The notes beneath the pieces are model-generated. The model ran no database searches and had not been told where the DNA came from. It was given only the letters and a program-made list of their open reading frames with translations. A DNA stretch of 64,000 bases from an uncultured Ileibacterium sp. Lineage in GTDB: Bacteria > Bacillota > Clostridia > Peptostreptococcales > Anaerovoracaceae. Made by a program: the position numbers and the translations under genes. The stretch is from the NCBI GenBank assembly GCA_902488835.1, contig CABTXQ010000001.1, positions 7,607 through 71,606 of the forward strand. Reading direction: 5' to 3'. Positions within the stretch are counted from its first letter, which is position 1, and the number at the start of each line of letters is the position of its first letter. Below, piece by piece: positions 20,314-29,626 of the stretch.

Positions 20314-21681
20314 TTGAATAAAAATCAATCTTCAAAAAAAGAAATAGATATGCTGAACGGGCCATTGCTCAGTAAGATAATTTTCTTTGCATTGCCCCTT
20401 GCTGCTACAGGTATCCTGCAGCAGCTTTTTAATGCTGCTGATATGGCAGTTGTAGGAAAGTTCGCAAGCAGTACTGCACTTGCAGCAGTCGGGAGCAACG
20501 CACCATTAGTCAATCTAATAGGCTCCTTATTTATGGGAACAGCTATGGGTGCAAATGTTGTAATAGCAAATGCAATAGGAGCATCTGATGAGAAAAGGAT
20601 AAGTGATGCAGTTCATACGTCCATATCATTTTCTCTAATCCTTGGAGTAGGAATGTTGGTAATAGGTGAAATTTTTGCCAGACCATTGCTTAACATGGTA
20701 AACGTTCCAAGTCAAGTAATGCCTGAGGCACTACTTTATCTTAGACTTTTATTTATAGGATCACCATTTCTTCTCATTTATAATTTTGCAGCATCCATAT
20801 TAAGGAGTAAAGGAGACACAAAAAGACCTTTATACATATTAGTTTTCACAGGTATATTAAATGTACTGTTAAATATATTACTGGTTGTAAAATTCAAATT
20901 AAGCGTTGAAGGAGTTGCTATTTCAACAGTAACAGCGAGTGTAATGAGCGCTTTAATTATTTTAAGAATTTTACAGAATGAATCAGGCAGTATAAAGCTA
21001 GATATTAGAAAACTTTTTTTTGATAAAAAAACATTAAAAAACATAATAAGGATTGGAGTACCTGCAGGCATACAGGGAATGGTTTTTTCGCTGTCAAATA
21101 CAGTTTTACAAGGCGGAATTAACACACTAGGAAAAGATGTGATTGCAGGGTCAGCGGCAGGTACAATCTTTGAATTTATATGCTTTTTTGCAATAAATTC
21201 ATTTGCACAAACAGCGACAACGTTTGTTGGACAGAACTATGGTGCTGGAAACTATGAAAGATGTAAAAGAATATTCAGGTATTCAATCTGTTGTTCAATA
21301 CTTTTCTGTGGGATGCTAAATTTATTGATATTTCTATTTAGGAATGAACTCCTTATGATGTTTACTACAGAAAAAATAGTAGCTGAATATGCTGTGATAA
21401 GGATGACACATGTTCTTATATTTCAATGGCTGGCATCTACTTATGAGGTTACCGCGGGTTGCATGAGAGGATTCGGTTATTCTATGACACCTGCACTTGT
21501 AACGATTTTTGGAACATGTGTAGTCAGAATTGCATGGGTATACTTGATATTTGATAGGATGAGAAGCTTTTCCGCTCTGATAAATGTTTATCCGGTAACG
21601 TGGTTATTGACAGGTAGCATTATGCTCATGGTTTACTTTGTGAAGAGTAAGAAAGTTTTAAAAGATGTTGAAACTATTTAG
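20314..21681 (+). CDS. MATE family efflux transporter
   Basis: FALPL..LQQLFNAAD, ALAAVG, LRSKGDTKRPL, FVGQNYGAG; many TM helices; start uncertain. Confidence 0.92.
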   Translation: MNKNQSSKKEIDMLNGPLLSKIIFFALPLAATGILQQLFNAADMAVVGKFASSTALAAVGSNAPLVNLIGSLFMGTAMGANVVIANAIGASDEKRISDAVHTSISFSLILGVGMLVIGEIFARPLLNMVNVPSQVMPEALLYLRLLFIGSPFLLIYNFAASILRSKGDTKRPLYILVFTGILNVLLNILLVVKFKLSVEGVAISTVTASVMSALIILRILQNESGSIKLDIRKLFFDKKTLKNIIRIGVPAGIQGMVFSLSNTVLQGGINTLGKDVIAGSAAGTIFEFICFFAINSFAQTATTFVGQNYGAGNYERCKRIFRYSICCSILFCGMLNLLIFLFRNELLMMFTTEKIVAEYAVIRMTHVLIFQWLASTYEVTAGCMRGFGYSMTPALVTIFGTCVVRIAWVYLIFDRMRSFSALINVYPVTWLLTGSIMLMVYFVKSKKVLKDVETI

Positions 21682-22333
21682 TTTCAACATCGTCAACATC
21701 TATAACATTATCATGGACTTCTTCCATATCAATTGAATCATTAATGTCTTTTGGATCAACTTTTTCTGTTGTAAAATCGACATCAGTAACATTTGCTTTT
21801 TCATTTGCTGCTTTAACAACAAATATATTATTTATAGCACCTGTAACACCACTTATAAGAAGTGATATACCAATAAATTGAACAAGAATAAGCTGAGTTT
21901 TGAAACTGTAAAGCGTTGCAAGAAGTCCTAGAATTATGCATATTAGTCCGAAAATTATTGAGAGCATTCCATGTTTCGGAAGAAATAGTCTGTATACTAT
22001 ACCAAGACCCAGTATTAAAAAACCATTTGCTATAATAAAAATACCTAAAACAATTGGTATAATCTGGGAAATTGTCGTAGGCTTAATCAAAAGGAAAAGA
22101 CCAAGCAAAGATGAAAAGACCGCGGCAATCAATGTCGTTATAGGATGGACTCCTTTTTCATTCTTTGTCGTCAGATATTCTGCAAACTTTGATGAAGAAT
22201 ATGCCATTATACTGATTGCAACAGCATAGCATATAAGTTTAAGAGAAATTTCAGGCTTTGTAAGCAGTATTGCCCCCACAACAACGGTTGCAAGAGACAT
22301 AACTGTTGATGATATTTTATATGTTTTGCTCAT
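21674..22333 (-). CDS. DUF308/HdeD-like membrane protein
   Basis: About 6 TM helices with repeated G..LL..P pattern, acidic tail; GAGG RBS. Confidence 0.7.
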   Translation of the reverse strand: MSKTYKISSTVMSLATVVVGAILLTKPEISLKLICYAVAISIMAYSSSKFAEYLTTKNEKGVHPITTLIAAVFSSLLGLFLLIKPTTISQIIPIVLGIFIIANGFLILGLGIVYRLFLPKHGMLSIIFGLICIILGLLATLYSFKTQLILVQFIGISLLISGVTGAINNIFVVKAANEKANVTDVDFTTEKVDPKDINDSIDMEEVHDNVIDVDDVETK

Positions 22334-22441
22334 ATTTTTGATTACCTCATATTTGCTTTTGTATAATTAATTTATTCTGATATCATTAAATATGCGGTAA
22401 TTTTAGCATATTAGAACTCTTATTTCAATCATGGAGAAATA

Positions 22442-24349
22442 ATGGATAATAACAAGTTAACACTTTCATATCTCAGGTTTATCGAGACCTACCTTGATAA
22501 GGGCTATCAAGAAGAAGTTCCTCTTTTTGAACGCCTTAAATATATTGCATCTTTTTCTTTAAAACTAAATGAATTAATTTCATCCACCGATAATATTTTA
22601 AATCATGAAGAATCCTATAATTACATCAAAATGCTATATGAAAAAAGAGATAGAATTTTTCATGACATATCTATCGATTTAAATAAAAGAAATATTGTCC
22701 ATCAAAGAGTTAGAGATGCTGAAGATGGGTTAAAATCATACATACACAATCTATTCTATGGAAAGATTTCACCAGAAATTGATGTTCAAATCATAAATGA
22801 AAGTGAAGATATTATTTATTTAAAGAGTGATGAAAGCTATATTGCTTCAGTGTTAGGCACCTCAAGGGATGATGAAAACAAATATTTGATTGCAAAATTA
22901 CCACGTGACCACAACATTATTTACACTAGAGACGAAGGTATTAAATATATATTAATTGAAGATGTGTTACTGTCTCATGTAAATAGTCTAGCAGTTCCAT
23001 ATGATGTAAAAGAAGCAATAATAATTTCACTAACAAGGAATAAATTTGATTCTAGGCCGGTAAAGCTTGATATAAGCGGAAAGATTTCTGATAGATTTAA
23101 ATTATTCTTAGAGAAAAAATTGCTTATAGATGATGATAGAATATTTGAATCACTAAGCGGACTTTCATTTCAATATGTTTACGAGCTTGAAAATATACTT
23201 ACGGATAGTCAGTCTCTTTCGTTAAGATATAAGAAGTTAAAGAAATTTGATATTTCAATATACCTTTCAAGCATAGGAAGAGAACTTGAGAGTGGAGATG
23301 TTTTATTAGACATGCCATATGAAACTGATTACACTTCAGTAAAATTAGTGAAGGATGCAGTAGATGACATAAGGTTAATAGAGCTAAGAGCTATAATAAG
23401 CGAGGAAATTGATAGCAGTGAATTTGTAGATGCTATAGAAAAGGCTCTCCGAAAGGGAGTTCGTGTAAAAATCCTTGTTGAGCTTAAGAAGGGCATAGTT
23501 GCAGAGAGGATAATACCTCTAATCTTAAGGTTGGAAAACCTTGATGCGGAAATATTATACTATAATAAAAAGGAGCCAATTGGCTTTAATTATTACCAAT
23601 TGCTTCTAAACGATATTAAAAATGACGAATTGTCAGCTGCTACATATTTTTCTACTGGAAGTTTTTATTCAAAATATGATGATAACAGTACAAACTTATC
23701 GCTTCTTACAGCTGATAAGAGGATAGCAAAAGAGGTTGCGTTTTATTTTGATATACTTGCTTCGGAAAAAGAAACTGTAATAGAGTACAAGGATATAATT
23801 GCAGGTAAAGGATTTACTGAAGAGATAGTAAAATTAATTGAGCATGAAAGAATTAAAGGTAGTGAAGGAAGAATATTCATTAAGGTTCAAAATTTGACTA
23901 GCAAAATAATCACCGATAAATTGATCTCAGCGGCAAAAGATGGTGCAAAGGTAAAATTATTGATAAGCGGGATGAACGCTATTGACCCTGAAAAATGCAA
24001 TAATAATATCGAAATAAAATCGATATCAGGGAGGTATGAAGAAAATTCAAAGGTATATTTATTCGGATCATCAAAAGATGAGAGGATATATATTTCTTCT
24101 GCAGATTTAACAGAGGATTCATTAAAAAACAACAATCTGGCTGTAAAAATTAAAGATGAGCATGTTCTTAAGAGGATAAAGAAGATACTCTACCTATATT
24201 ACAGGGACAATGAAGATTCAAGAATAATAGGAAACGGAGCAAGATACATTCCATATAATGCTCCGCCTAAGAAAATAAGCGTTTATGATTCGCTATCTAA
24301 AGAAACTGATGAATTGAGAGAATCCATAGCCCATCTCCTGCATAAATAG
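22442..24349 (+). CDS. Polyphosphate kinase 1-like protein, catalytic motifs degenerate
   Basis: VPLFERLKYIA, YILIED, DVLLDMPYE, VKILVELK, STGSF, IFIKVQNL, IKSISGRYEENSKVYLF, IYISSADL occur in PPK1 order, but the catalytic His positions are not His. Confidence 0.8.
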   Translation: MDNNKLTLSYLRFIETYLDKGYQEEVPLFERLKYIASFSLKLNELISSTDNILNHEESYNYIKMLYEKRDRIFHDISIDLNKRNIVHQRVRDAEDGLKSYIHNLFYGKISPEIDVQIINESEDIIYLKSDESYIASVLGTSRDDENKYLIAKLPRDHNIIYTRDEGIKYILIEDVLLSHVNSLAVPYDVKEAIIISLTRNKFDSRPVKLDISGKISDRFKLFLEKKLLIDDDRIFESLSGLSFQYVYELENILTDSQSLSLRYKKLKKFDISIYLSSIGRELESGDVLLDMPYETDYTSVKLVKDAVDDIRLIELRAIISEEIDSSEFVDAIEKALRKGVRVKILVELKKGIVAERIIPLILRLENLDAEILYYNKKEPIGFNYYQLLLNDIKNDELSAATYFSTGSFYSKYDDNSTNLSLLTADKRIAKEVAFYFDILASEKETVIEYKDIIAGKGFTEEIVKLIEHERIKGSEGRIFIKVQNLTSKIITDKLISAAKDGAKVKLLISGMNAIDPEKCNNNIEIKSISGRYEENSKVYLFGSSKDERIYISSADLTEDSLKNNNLAVKIKDEHVLKRIKKILYLYYRDNEDSRIIGNGARYIPYNAPPKKISVYDSLSKETDELRESIAHLLHK

Positions 24350-25008
24350 ATAAATGGTGTATCTGCTAGACTAGTTATAATAAATATTAAATATGATGAT
24401 AATATTATTGATATCAAGGTTTTGAGCGGATAAGTACCCCAAAATGCAAATGTGTTGAAAAGAATTGTATTAAGTAGTTGAGAAATCAATGTTGATCCAT
24501 TGTTCCTTACCCAAAGAAATTTCTTTTTGTCACCGAACCTTTCTGTAGTGAACTTCCACCACCTGTGATACAGCCATACATCCATAAATTGTACGATCAC
24601 ATATACACTTATACTTGCAAGCATAAGCCTTGGAGTATATGAGAAGATTGATCTAATTGAATTTGAAGCAAAATCGTTCTCTGATGGTGAATAGGCTAGC
24701 CATGATGATGAAATAGTTACAAAGATAATAGATGTTATGATCCCTATCCTTACTGCCTTATAGGATTCGGATTTACCGTAAAGCTCGCTAACGATATCCG
24801 TTACCAAGAATGTTGAGGCAAACAAGATGTTTCCAAGCGTCATTTCTATACCAAAAGCTTTAACGAGAATCAAAACCTCTATGTTTTGAGCTATTGTTGC
24901 AATTGTTATCCACATATAGAGTCCGCTTTTTCCGAGAAACCTGTGGCATAACACAACAAAGGTAAACTCAACAATGAGTGTCAAAAAAAGTAATAATTCG
25001 TTATTCAT
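24283..25008 (-). CDS. Queuosine precursor transporter (YhhQ/Vut_1 family)
   Basis: LGNILFASTFLVTDIVSELYG, PRLMLAS, QFMDV, LWVRNNGSTLISQ, DTPF; preQ1 riboswitch upstream. Confidence 0.92.
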   Translation of the reverse strand: MNNELLLFLTLIVEFTFVVLCHRFLGKSGLYMWITIATIAQNIEVLILVKAFGIEMTLGNILFASTFLVTDIVSELYGKSESYKAVRIGIITSIIFVTISSSWLAYSPSENDFASNSIRSIFSYTPRLMLASISVYVIVQFMDVWLYHRWWKFTTERFGDKKKFLWVRNNGSTLISQLLNTILFNTFAFWGTYPLKTLISIILSSYLIFIITSLADTPFIYLCRRWAMDSLNSSVSLDSES

Positions 25009-25012
25009 AATA

Positions 25013-25056
25013 TCTCCTTAGTTTTAATTATAGACAGGATGGTTACGAACTGTCTT
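25013..25056 (-). ncRNA. preQ1 class I riboswitch
   Basis: Minus strand AGACAG-TTCGTAACCATC-CTGTCT-ATAATTAAAACTAAGGAG: P1 stem, UUCG..C loop, A-rich tail ending at the Shine-Dalgarno. Confidence 0.9.
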
Positions 25057-25090
25057 GATGTAATACTATAGGATTTTAACATATACGAAC

Positions 25091-25119
25091 TTGAAATAAC
25101 ACAGTAATTTTTATATAAT
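25091..25119 (+). promoter_or_regulatory. Sigma-A promoter of ileS
   Basis: TTGAAA-N17-TATAAT. Confidence 0.7.
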
Positions 25120-25169
25120 CAAACGAAAATTTGAAGTTAAAAGATGAAGATGTGAAGGAAAAATTAACT

Positions 25170-28100
25170 ATGTTTGAAAAACTATCTGAAAAACCTGTTT
25201 CTGAAGTGCAGGAAGAGCAAGTTAAGAGATGGAACGAAATAGATCTTCTAGGAAAATGCATTAAGGAGAGAGAATCGGATCCGTCATTCGTTTTTTTTGA
25301 GGGTCCTCCTACAGCAAACGGTAAACCGGGTATTCACCACCTTATGGCTAGAACGCTTAAGGACAGTGTCTGCCGCTATAAGACTATGAAGGGATATCAG
25401 GTAAAGCGTAAGGCCGGATGGGATACACACGGTCTCCCTGTAGAGATAGAAGTTGAGAAACAGCTAGGAATCAACGGTAAAAAAGATATAGAAAAGTACG
25501 GAATTAAGGAGTTTAACGAGAAGTGTAAGGAAAGTGTTTTTAAGTACACGAGCATGTGGAAGGATATGAGCGAGAAGATGGCATATCTCGTTGACTTGGA
25601 ACACCCGTATATAACATATGATAATGATTATATTGAGACAGTATGGTGGATTCTAAAGCAGTTTCACGATAAGGGCTTGATTTACGAGGGACATAAGATC
25701 CTTCCATATTGCCCAAGATGTGGAACTGGACTGGCTTCACATGAAGTTGCCCAAGGGTATAAAGAGATTACTGTACTGACTCTTACGCTCAAGTTCAAAA
25801 GACTAGGATATGAAAATGAGTATTTCCTTGCATGGACGACTACGCCATGGACACTTCCGTCAGATACATTGCTCGTAATGGGTCCTGAGATTGAATATGT
25901 AAGAGCTGAAATAACTGAAGGTAAGGATAAAGGAAATATATTTATTCTTGCAAAAGAACTTGCTGATAAAGTACTTGGAGAAGGTAATTATAAGATCCTC
26001 GAGGTAAAAAAAGGCAAGGAATTTGAATATGAAAAATATGAACAGCTGATGCCACTCCACGATGTGCCAGGCGATGCAAAGGCATTCTTTGTTGCACTTG
26101 GAGATCATGTAGAAACATCAGACGGCACAGGAATCGTACATACTTCACCTGCCTTTGGTGAAGATGACTACAATGTGGCAAGAAAATATGATGCATATAT
26201 GATACAGGACGTTGATGAAAGAGGAATGTTCAAGGATGGAACACCTTGGGATGGACGTTTTGTAATGGAAGAAGGGTTAGATGTCGATATAGTTAAATAT
26301 CTTGGCGATGAAAGGATTTTTTCAAAGCAAAGGATTAAACATAACTATCCTCATTGCTGGAGGTGTAATACTCCTCTTGTATACTATGCTAATCCGGGAT
26401 GGTATATAGAGATGACAAGGCTTAAAGACGAGCTTGTCAATAACAACAATCAGGTCAACTGGTTCCCGCCATTTGTAGGAGATAAGAGATTTGGTAACTG
26501 GCTTAGTGAGGTCAAAGATTGGGCAATTTCAAGGACTAGATACTGGGGAACTCCTCTACCTATATGGAAATGCGATTGCGGTAAAGATGTATGCATAGGC
26601 AGTAGAGAAGAGCTAAAAGAGAAAGTAATTGAAGATATTGATATTTCATCTTTTGACATGCATAGACCTTATGTCGATGAAGTTCACCTCAAATGCCCTG
26701 AATGTGGAAAGGTGATGAACAGGACTAAAGAGGTAATTGACTGTTGGTTCGATTCCGGTGCAATGCCTTTTGCACAGTGGCATTATCCATTTGAAAACAA
26801 GGAAAACTTTGATAAACTTTTCCCTGCAGACTTTATTTGCGAAGGAATTGACCAGACTAGAGGTTGGTTCTACAGCCTTATGGCGATATCAACGTTTATT
26901 ATGAATAAGGCACCTTACAAGAATGTTCTTGTAAATGATTTAATCCTTGATAAACAGGGGAAAAAGATGTCAAAACATGTAGGAAATACGGTAAATCCAT
27001 TTGAGATGCTTGAAAAATATGGTGCTGATGCATTAAGGTGGTATTTACTTTCAGCTTCGCCTGCATGGACTCCAACCAAGTTCGATGAAGACGGGGTTAA
27101 AGATGTAATTAGCAAATTCTTTGGAACACTAAGAAACATCTATAATTTCTTTGTGCTATATTCAAACATAGATTCAATAGATGTAAAATCCATCGATGTT
27201 CCATATGAAAGAAGACCATTGCTCGATAGATGGATAATTTCAAGGTATAACAGAACAGTCAAGAATGTGACAAATACTATGGACTCATATGATCACATGA
27301 AGACTGTAAGAACAATAAGTGATTTTGTTATCGATGATTTTTCCAACTGGTACATAAGAAGGGCGAGAAGAAGGTTCTATATTGACGAAATGACTGAAGA
27401 CAAGAAGAGTGTATATATAACTACTTATGAGATTATTCTCGGGGTGGTTAAGATGATTGCACCTTTTGCTCCTTTTATATCGGATGAGATATATGTAAAT
27501 CTAACCGGAGATGAAACGGTTCACACAGCAATGTTCCCGGTTGCTGATGATAAATTGATCGATGAAGTAGAAGAAAAGAAGATGAATCTGGTGAAAAACC
27601 TTGTTAACCTGGGAAGGAGTACCAGAGAGGAAGAGAATCTTAAGGTTAGACAACCACTTAACAGTGTTTTGATCGATGGTTCTTATGAGGATAAAATATC
27701 AGATCTTGTTCCACTGATAGAAGAAGAACTAAATGTAAAGAACGTAATTTTTGAGAAAAATCTCGATAAATATATGAACTTCAGCGTTAAACCTAACTTC
27801 AAAAATGCAGGACCTGTTCTTGGTAGCAATGTCAAGAAATTCGGATCAGTTCTCTCAAAAGTAGATCCTATTGAGGTCATCAATCACGCTAAAGAAGGTA
27901 AACTCAAGATTAAACTTGGCGAAGAACTAATAGATATTCCTGAGAACTTCCTTGATGTTAGGATAACAGCAAAAGAAGGATTTGTCGTGGGTATGGATAA
28001 TAACCTCTTTACAATCCTCGATACAACATTGACTGAAGAGTTAATATCAGAAGGACTTGTAAGAGAGTTCATTTCTAAAATTCAGCAGCTTCGTAAACAG

Positions 28101-28289
28101 CATAATTTTGAAATGATGGATCGCATAGTTATTGAAATTGATGCGGATGAAGAAGTAATGAAGACTGTTATGGATAATAAAGACTACATAATGAAGGAGA
28201 CTCTGGCCGACACAATTGATGTTAAGGATAATCTTGAAATCTTTGATATCAATTCTCATAAGACAGGTATAGCGGTACATAGAGTTTAG
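25170..28289 (+). CDS. ileS: Isoleucine--tRNA ligase, type 2 (IleRS2)
   Basis: FFEGPPTANGKPGIHH, GWDTHGLP, WTTTPWTLP, DWAISRTRYWGTPLP, EGIDQTRGWFY, KMSKH, IleRS2-type C terminus. Start at ATG 25170 after AAGGA. Confidence 0.96.
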   Translation: MFEKLSEKPVSEVQEEQVKRWNEIDLLGKCIKERESDPSFVFFEGPPTANGKPGIHHLMARTLKDSVCRYKTMKGYQVKRKAGWDTHGLPVEIEVEKQLGINGKKDIEKYGIKEFNEKCKESVFKYTSMWKDMSEKMAYLVDLEHPYITYDNDYIETVWWILKQFHDKGLIYEGHKILPYCPRCGTGLASHEVAQGYKEITVLTLTLKFKRLGYENEYFLAWTTTPWTLPSDTLLVMGPEIEYVRAEITEGKDKGNIFILAKELADKVLGEGNYKILEVKKGKEFEYEKYEQLMPLHDVPGDAKAFFVALGDHVETSDGTGIVHTSPAFGEDDYNVARKYDAYMIQDVDERGMFKDGTPWDGRFVMEEGLDVDIVKYLGDERIFSKQRIKHNYPHCWRCNTPLVYYANPGWYIEMTRLKDELVNNNNQVNWFPPFVGDKRFGNWLSEVKDWAISRTRYWGTPLPIWKCDCGKDVCIGSREELKEKVIEDIDISSFDMHRPYVDEVHLKCPECGKVMNRTKEVIDCWFDSGAMPFAQWHYPFENKENFDKLFPADFICEGIDQTRGWFYSLMAISTFIMNKAPYKNVLVNDLILDKQGKKMSKHVGNTVNPFEMLEKYGADALRWYLLSASPAWTPTKFDEDGVKDVISKFFGTLRNIYNFFVLYSNIDSIDVKSIDVPYERRPLLDRWIISRYNRTVKNVTNTMDSYDHMKTVRTISDFVIDDFSNWYIRRARRRFYIDEMTEDKKSVYITTYEIILGVVKMIAPFAPFISDEIYVNLTGDETVHTAMFPVADDKLIDEVEEKKMNLVKNLVNLGRSTREEENLKVRQPLNSVLIDGSYEDKISDLVPLIEEELNVKNVIFEKNLDKYMNFSVKPNFKNAGPVLGSNVKKFGSVLSKVDPIEVINHAKEGKLKIKLGEELIDIPENFLDVRITAKEGFVVGMDNNLFTILDTTLTEELISEGLVREFISKIQQLRKQHNFEMMDRIVIEIDADEEVMKTVMDNKDYIMKETLADTIDVKDNLEIFDINSHKTGIAVHRV

Positions 28290-28296
28290 AGAGTAG

Positions 28297-29340
28297 ATGG
28301 AAAATATATTAAATTATGACGTCATAGACCTTGAAGAATACATGCTATCTAAGGGTGAGAAGAAATTTAGAGCGAAGCAGGTGTTTAGGTGGATCTCAAA
28401 GGGAATAAATACTTTTGAAGAGATGTCAGATATAAGTAAAGAACTTGTTTTTAAGCTGGAATCCGATTTTTTTATCGGATTACCGGCTTCTATTATTTGC
28501 CAGAAATCAAAGATCGATGACACAGTTAAAATACTTTTTGGATTAGCAGAACCGAATTTCACGTTACAACCCGGAAGGGTTGAATCGGTATTCATGAAAT
28601 ATAAGTATGGAAATACAATTTGCATATCCTCACAGCTCGGATGTCGGATGGGTTGCAAGTTCTGTGCTTCTACAAAAAAAGGATTGATAAGAAATTTAGA
28701 AGCAGGGGATATGTATGGTCAAGTTCTTAAAATGAATGAGATTACAAAAGAAAGGATAAATCACATAGTGATAATGGGGATTGGAGAACCATTTGATAAC
28801 TATGAGGAAGTTTTAAAATTTATCAAGATTGTAAATAATTCAACGGGCTATAACATAGGTATGAGAAATATTACCGTGTCTACATGTGGGATACTACCTT
28901 ATATAGAGAAGTTTTCTAATGATTTTCCGCAGGTAAATCTCGCAATATCACTTCATGCGCCTAATGACGTAATAAGAGAAAGAATAATGCCGATTGCAAG
29001 GAGGTATTCATATCAAGAACTTTTACAGGCGTGCAAAAAATATACGGAAAAAACACATAGGAGAATTACGTTTGAATATGCACTTATTAATGGAGTAAAT
29101 GACAGTAAAGAAGCAGCGTTAGAACTTGCAAGTAAACTTAAGGGAATGCTATGCCATGTAAATCTTATTCCTCTTAATTCGGTAGAGAATACCGGGCTTT
29201 CTTCATCTAATAAAAAGAGCATAGAAACATTTCAGAAAATATTAGAAAACAGCAATATACCTGTTACCGTGAGAAGAAGACTAGGGAGTGATATTGATGC
29301 AGCCTGTGGCCAACTTAGGATTAAGAACGACGGAGATTAA
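28297..29340 (+). CDS. rlmN: 23S rRNA (adenine2503-C2)-methyltransferase RlmN
   Basis: CISSQLGCRMGCKFCAS, MGIGEP, LAISLHAP, DIDAACGQL. Confidence 0.96.
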   Translation: MENILNYDVIDLEEYMLSKGEKKFRAKQVFRWISKGINTFEEMSDISKELVFKLESDFFIGLPASIICQKSKIDDTVKILFGLAEPNFTLQPGRVESVFMKYKYGNTICISSQLGCRMGCKFCASTKKGLIRNLEAGDMYGQVLKMNEITKERINHIVIMGIGEPFDNYEEVLKFIKIVNNSTGYNIGMRNITVSTCGILPYIEKFSNDFPQVNLAISLHAPNDVIRERIMPIARRYSYQELLQACKKYTEKTHRRITFEYALINGVNDSKEAALELASKLKGMLCHVNLIPLNSVENTGLSSSNKKSIETFQKILENSNIPVTVRRRLGSDIDAACGQLRIKNDGD

Positions 29341-29343
29341 AAG

Positions 29344-29372
29344 TTGACTTATATTTTAAATTAGGTTATTAT
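29344..29372 (+). promoter_or_regulatory. Sigma-A promoter of the rib operon
   Basis: TTGACT-N17-TATTAT. Confidence 0.7.
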
Positions 29373-29398
29373 ATTAACATATTTGAATATATCTTAAT

Positions 29399-29507
29399 TA
29401 TCTTCAGGGCAGGGTGAGATTCCCGATCGGCGGTAAAGTCCGCTAGCTTATGGCATGAACCGGTGAGATTCCGGTACCGACAGTTACAGTCTGGATGGAA
29501 GAAGATT
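29399..29507 (+). ncRNA. FMN riboswitch (RFN element)
   Basis: TCTTCAGGGCAGGGTGAGATTCCCGATCGGCGGT...CCGGTGAGATTCCGGTACCGACAGT..AGTCTGGATGGAAGAAGA upstream of ribD. Confidence 0.97.
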
Positions 29508-29568
29508 ATGTGGTTAATGAGCTTTACCATGTATAGGCTTTGATATTGCAATTCTTTATGTGCATAAT

Positions 29569-29593
29569 GCCCTGAATGATGTCAGGGCTTTTT
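29569..29593 (+). terminator. Expression-platform terminator of the FMN riboswitch
   Basis: GCCCTGA-atgatg-TCAGGGC-TTTTT; the 5' arm GCCCTGAA can instead pair with TTCAGGGC (29403-29410) of the aptamer as antiterminator. Confidence 0.85.
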
Positions 29594-29626
29594 CTATGAA
29601 ATAATTTGCTAAGAAACGAGATATTG

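Noticed and set aside
29369..29551. 60-aa minus-strand ORF
   Set aside because: It overlaps the FMN riboswitch, which fully explains the sequence.
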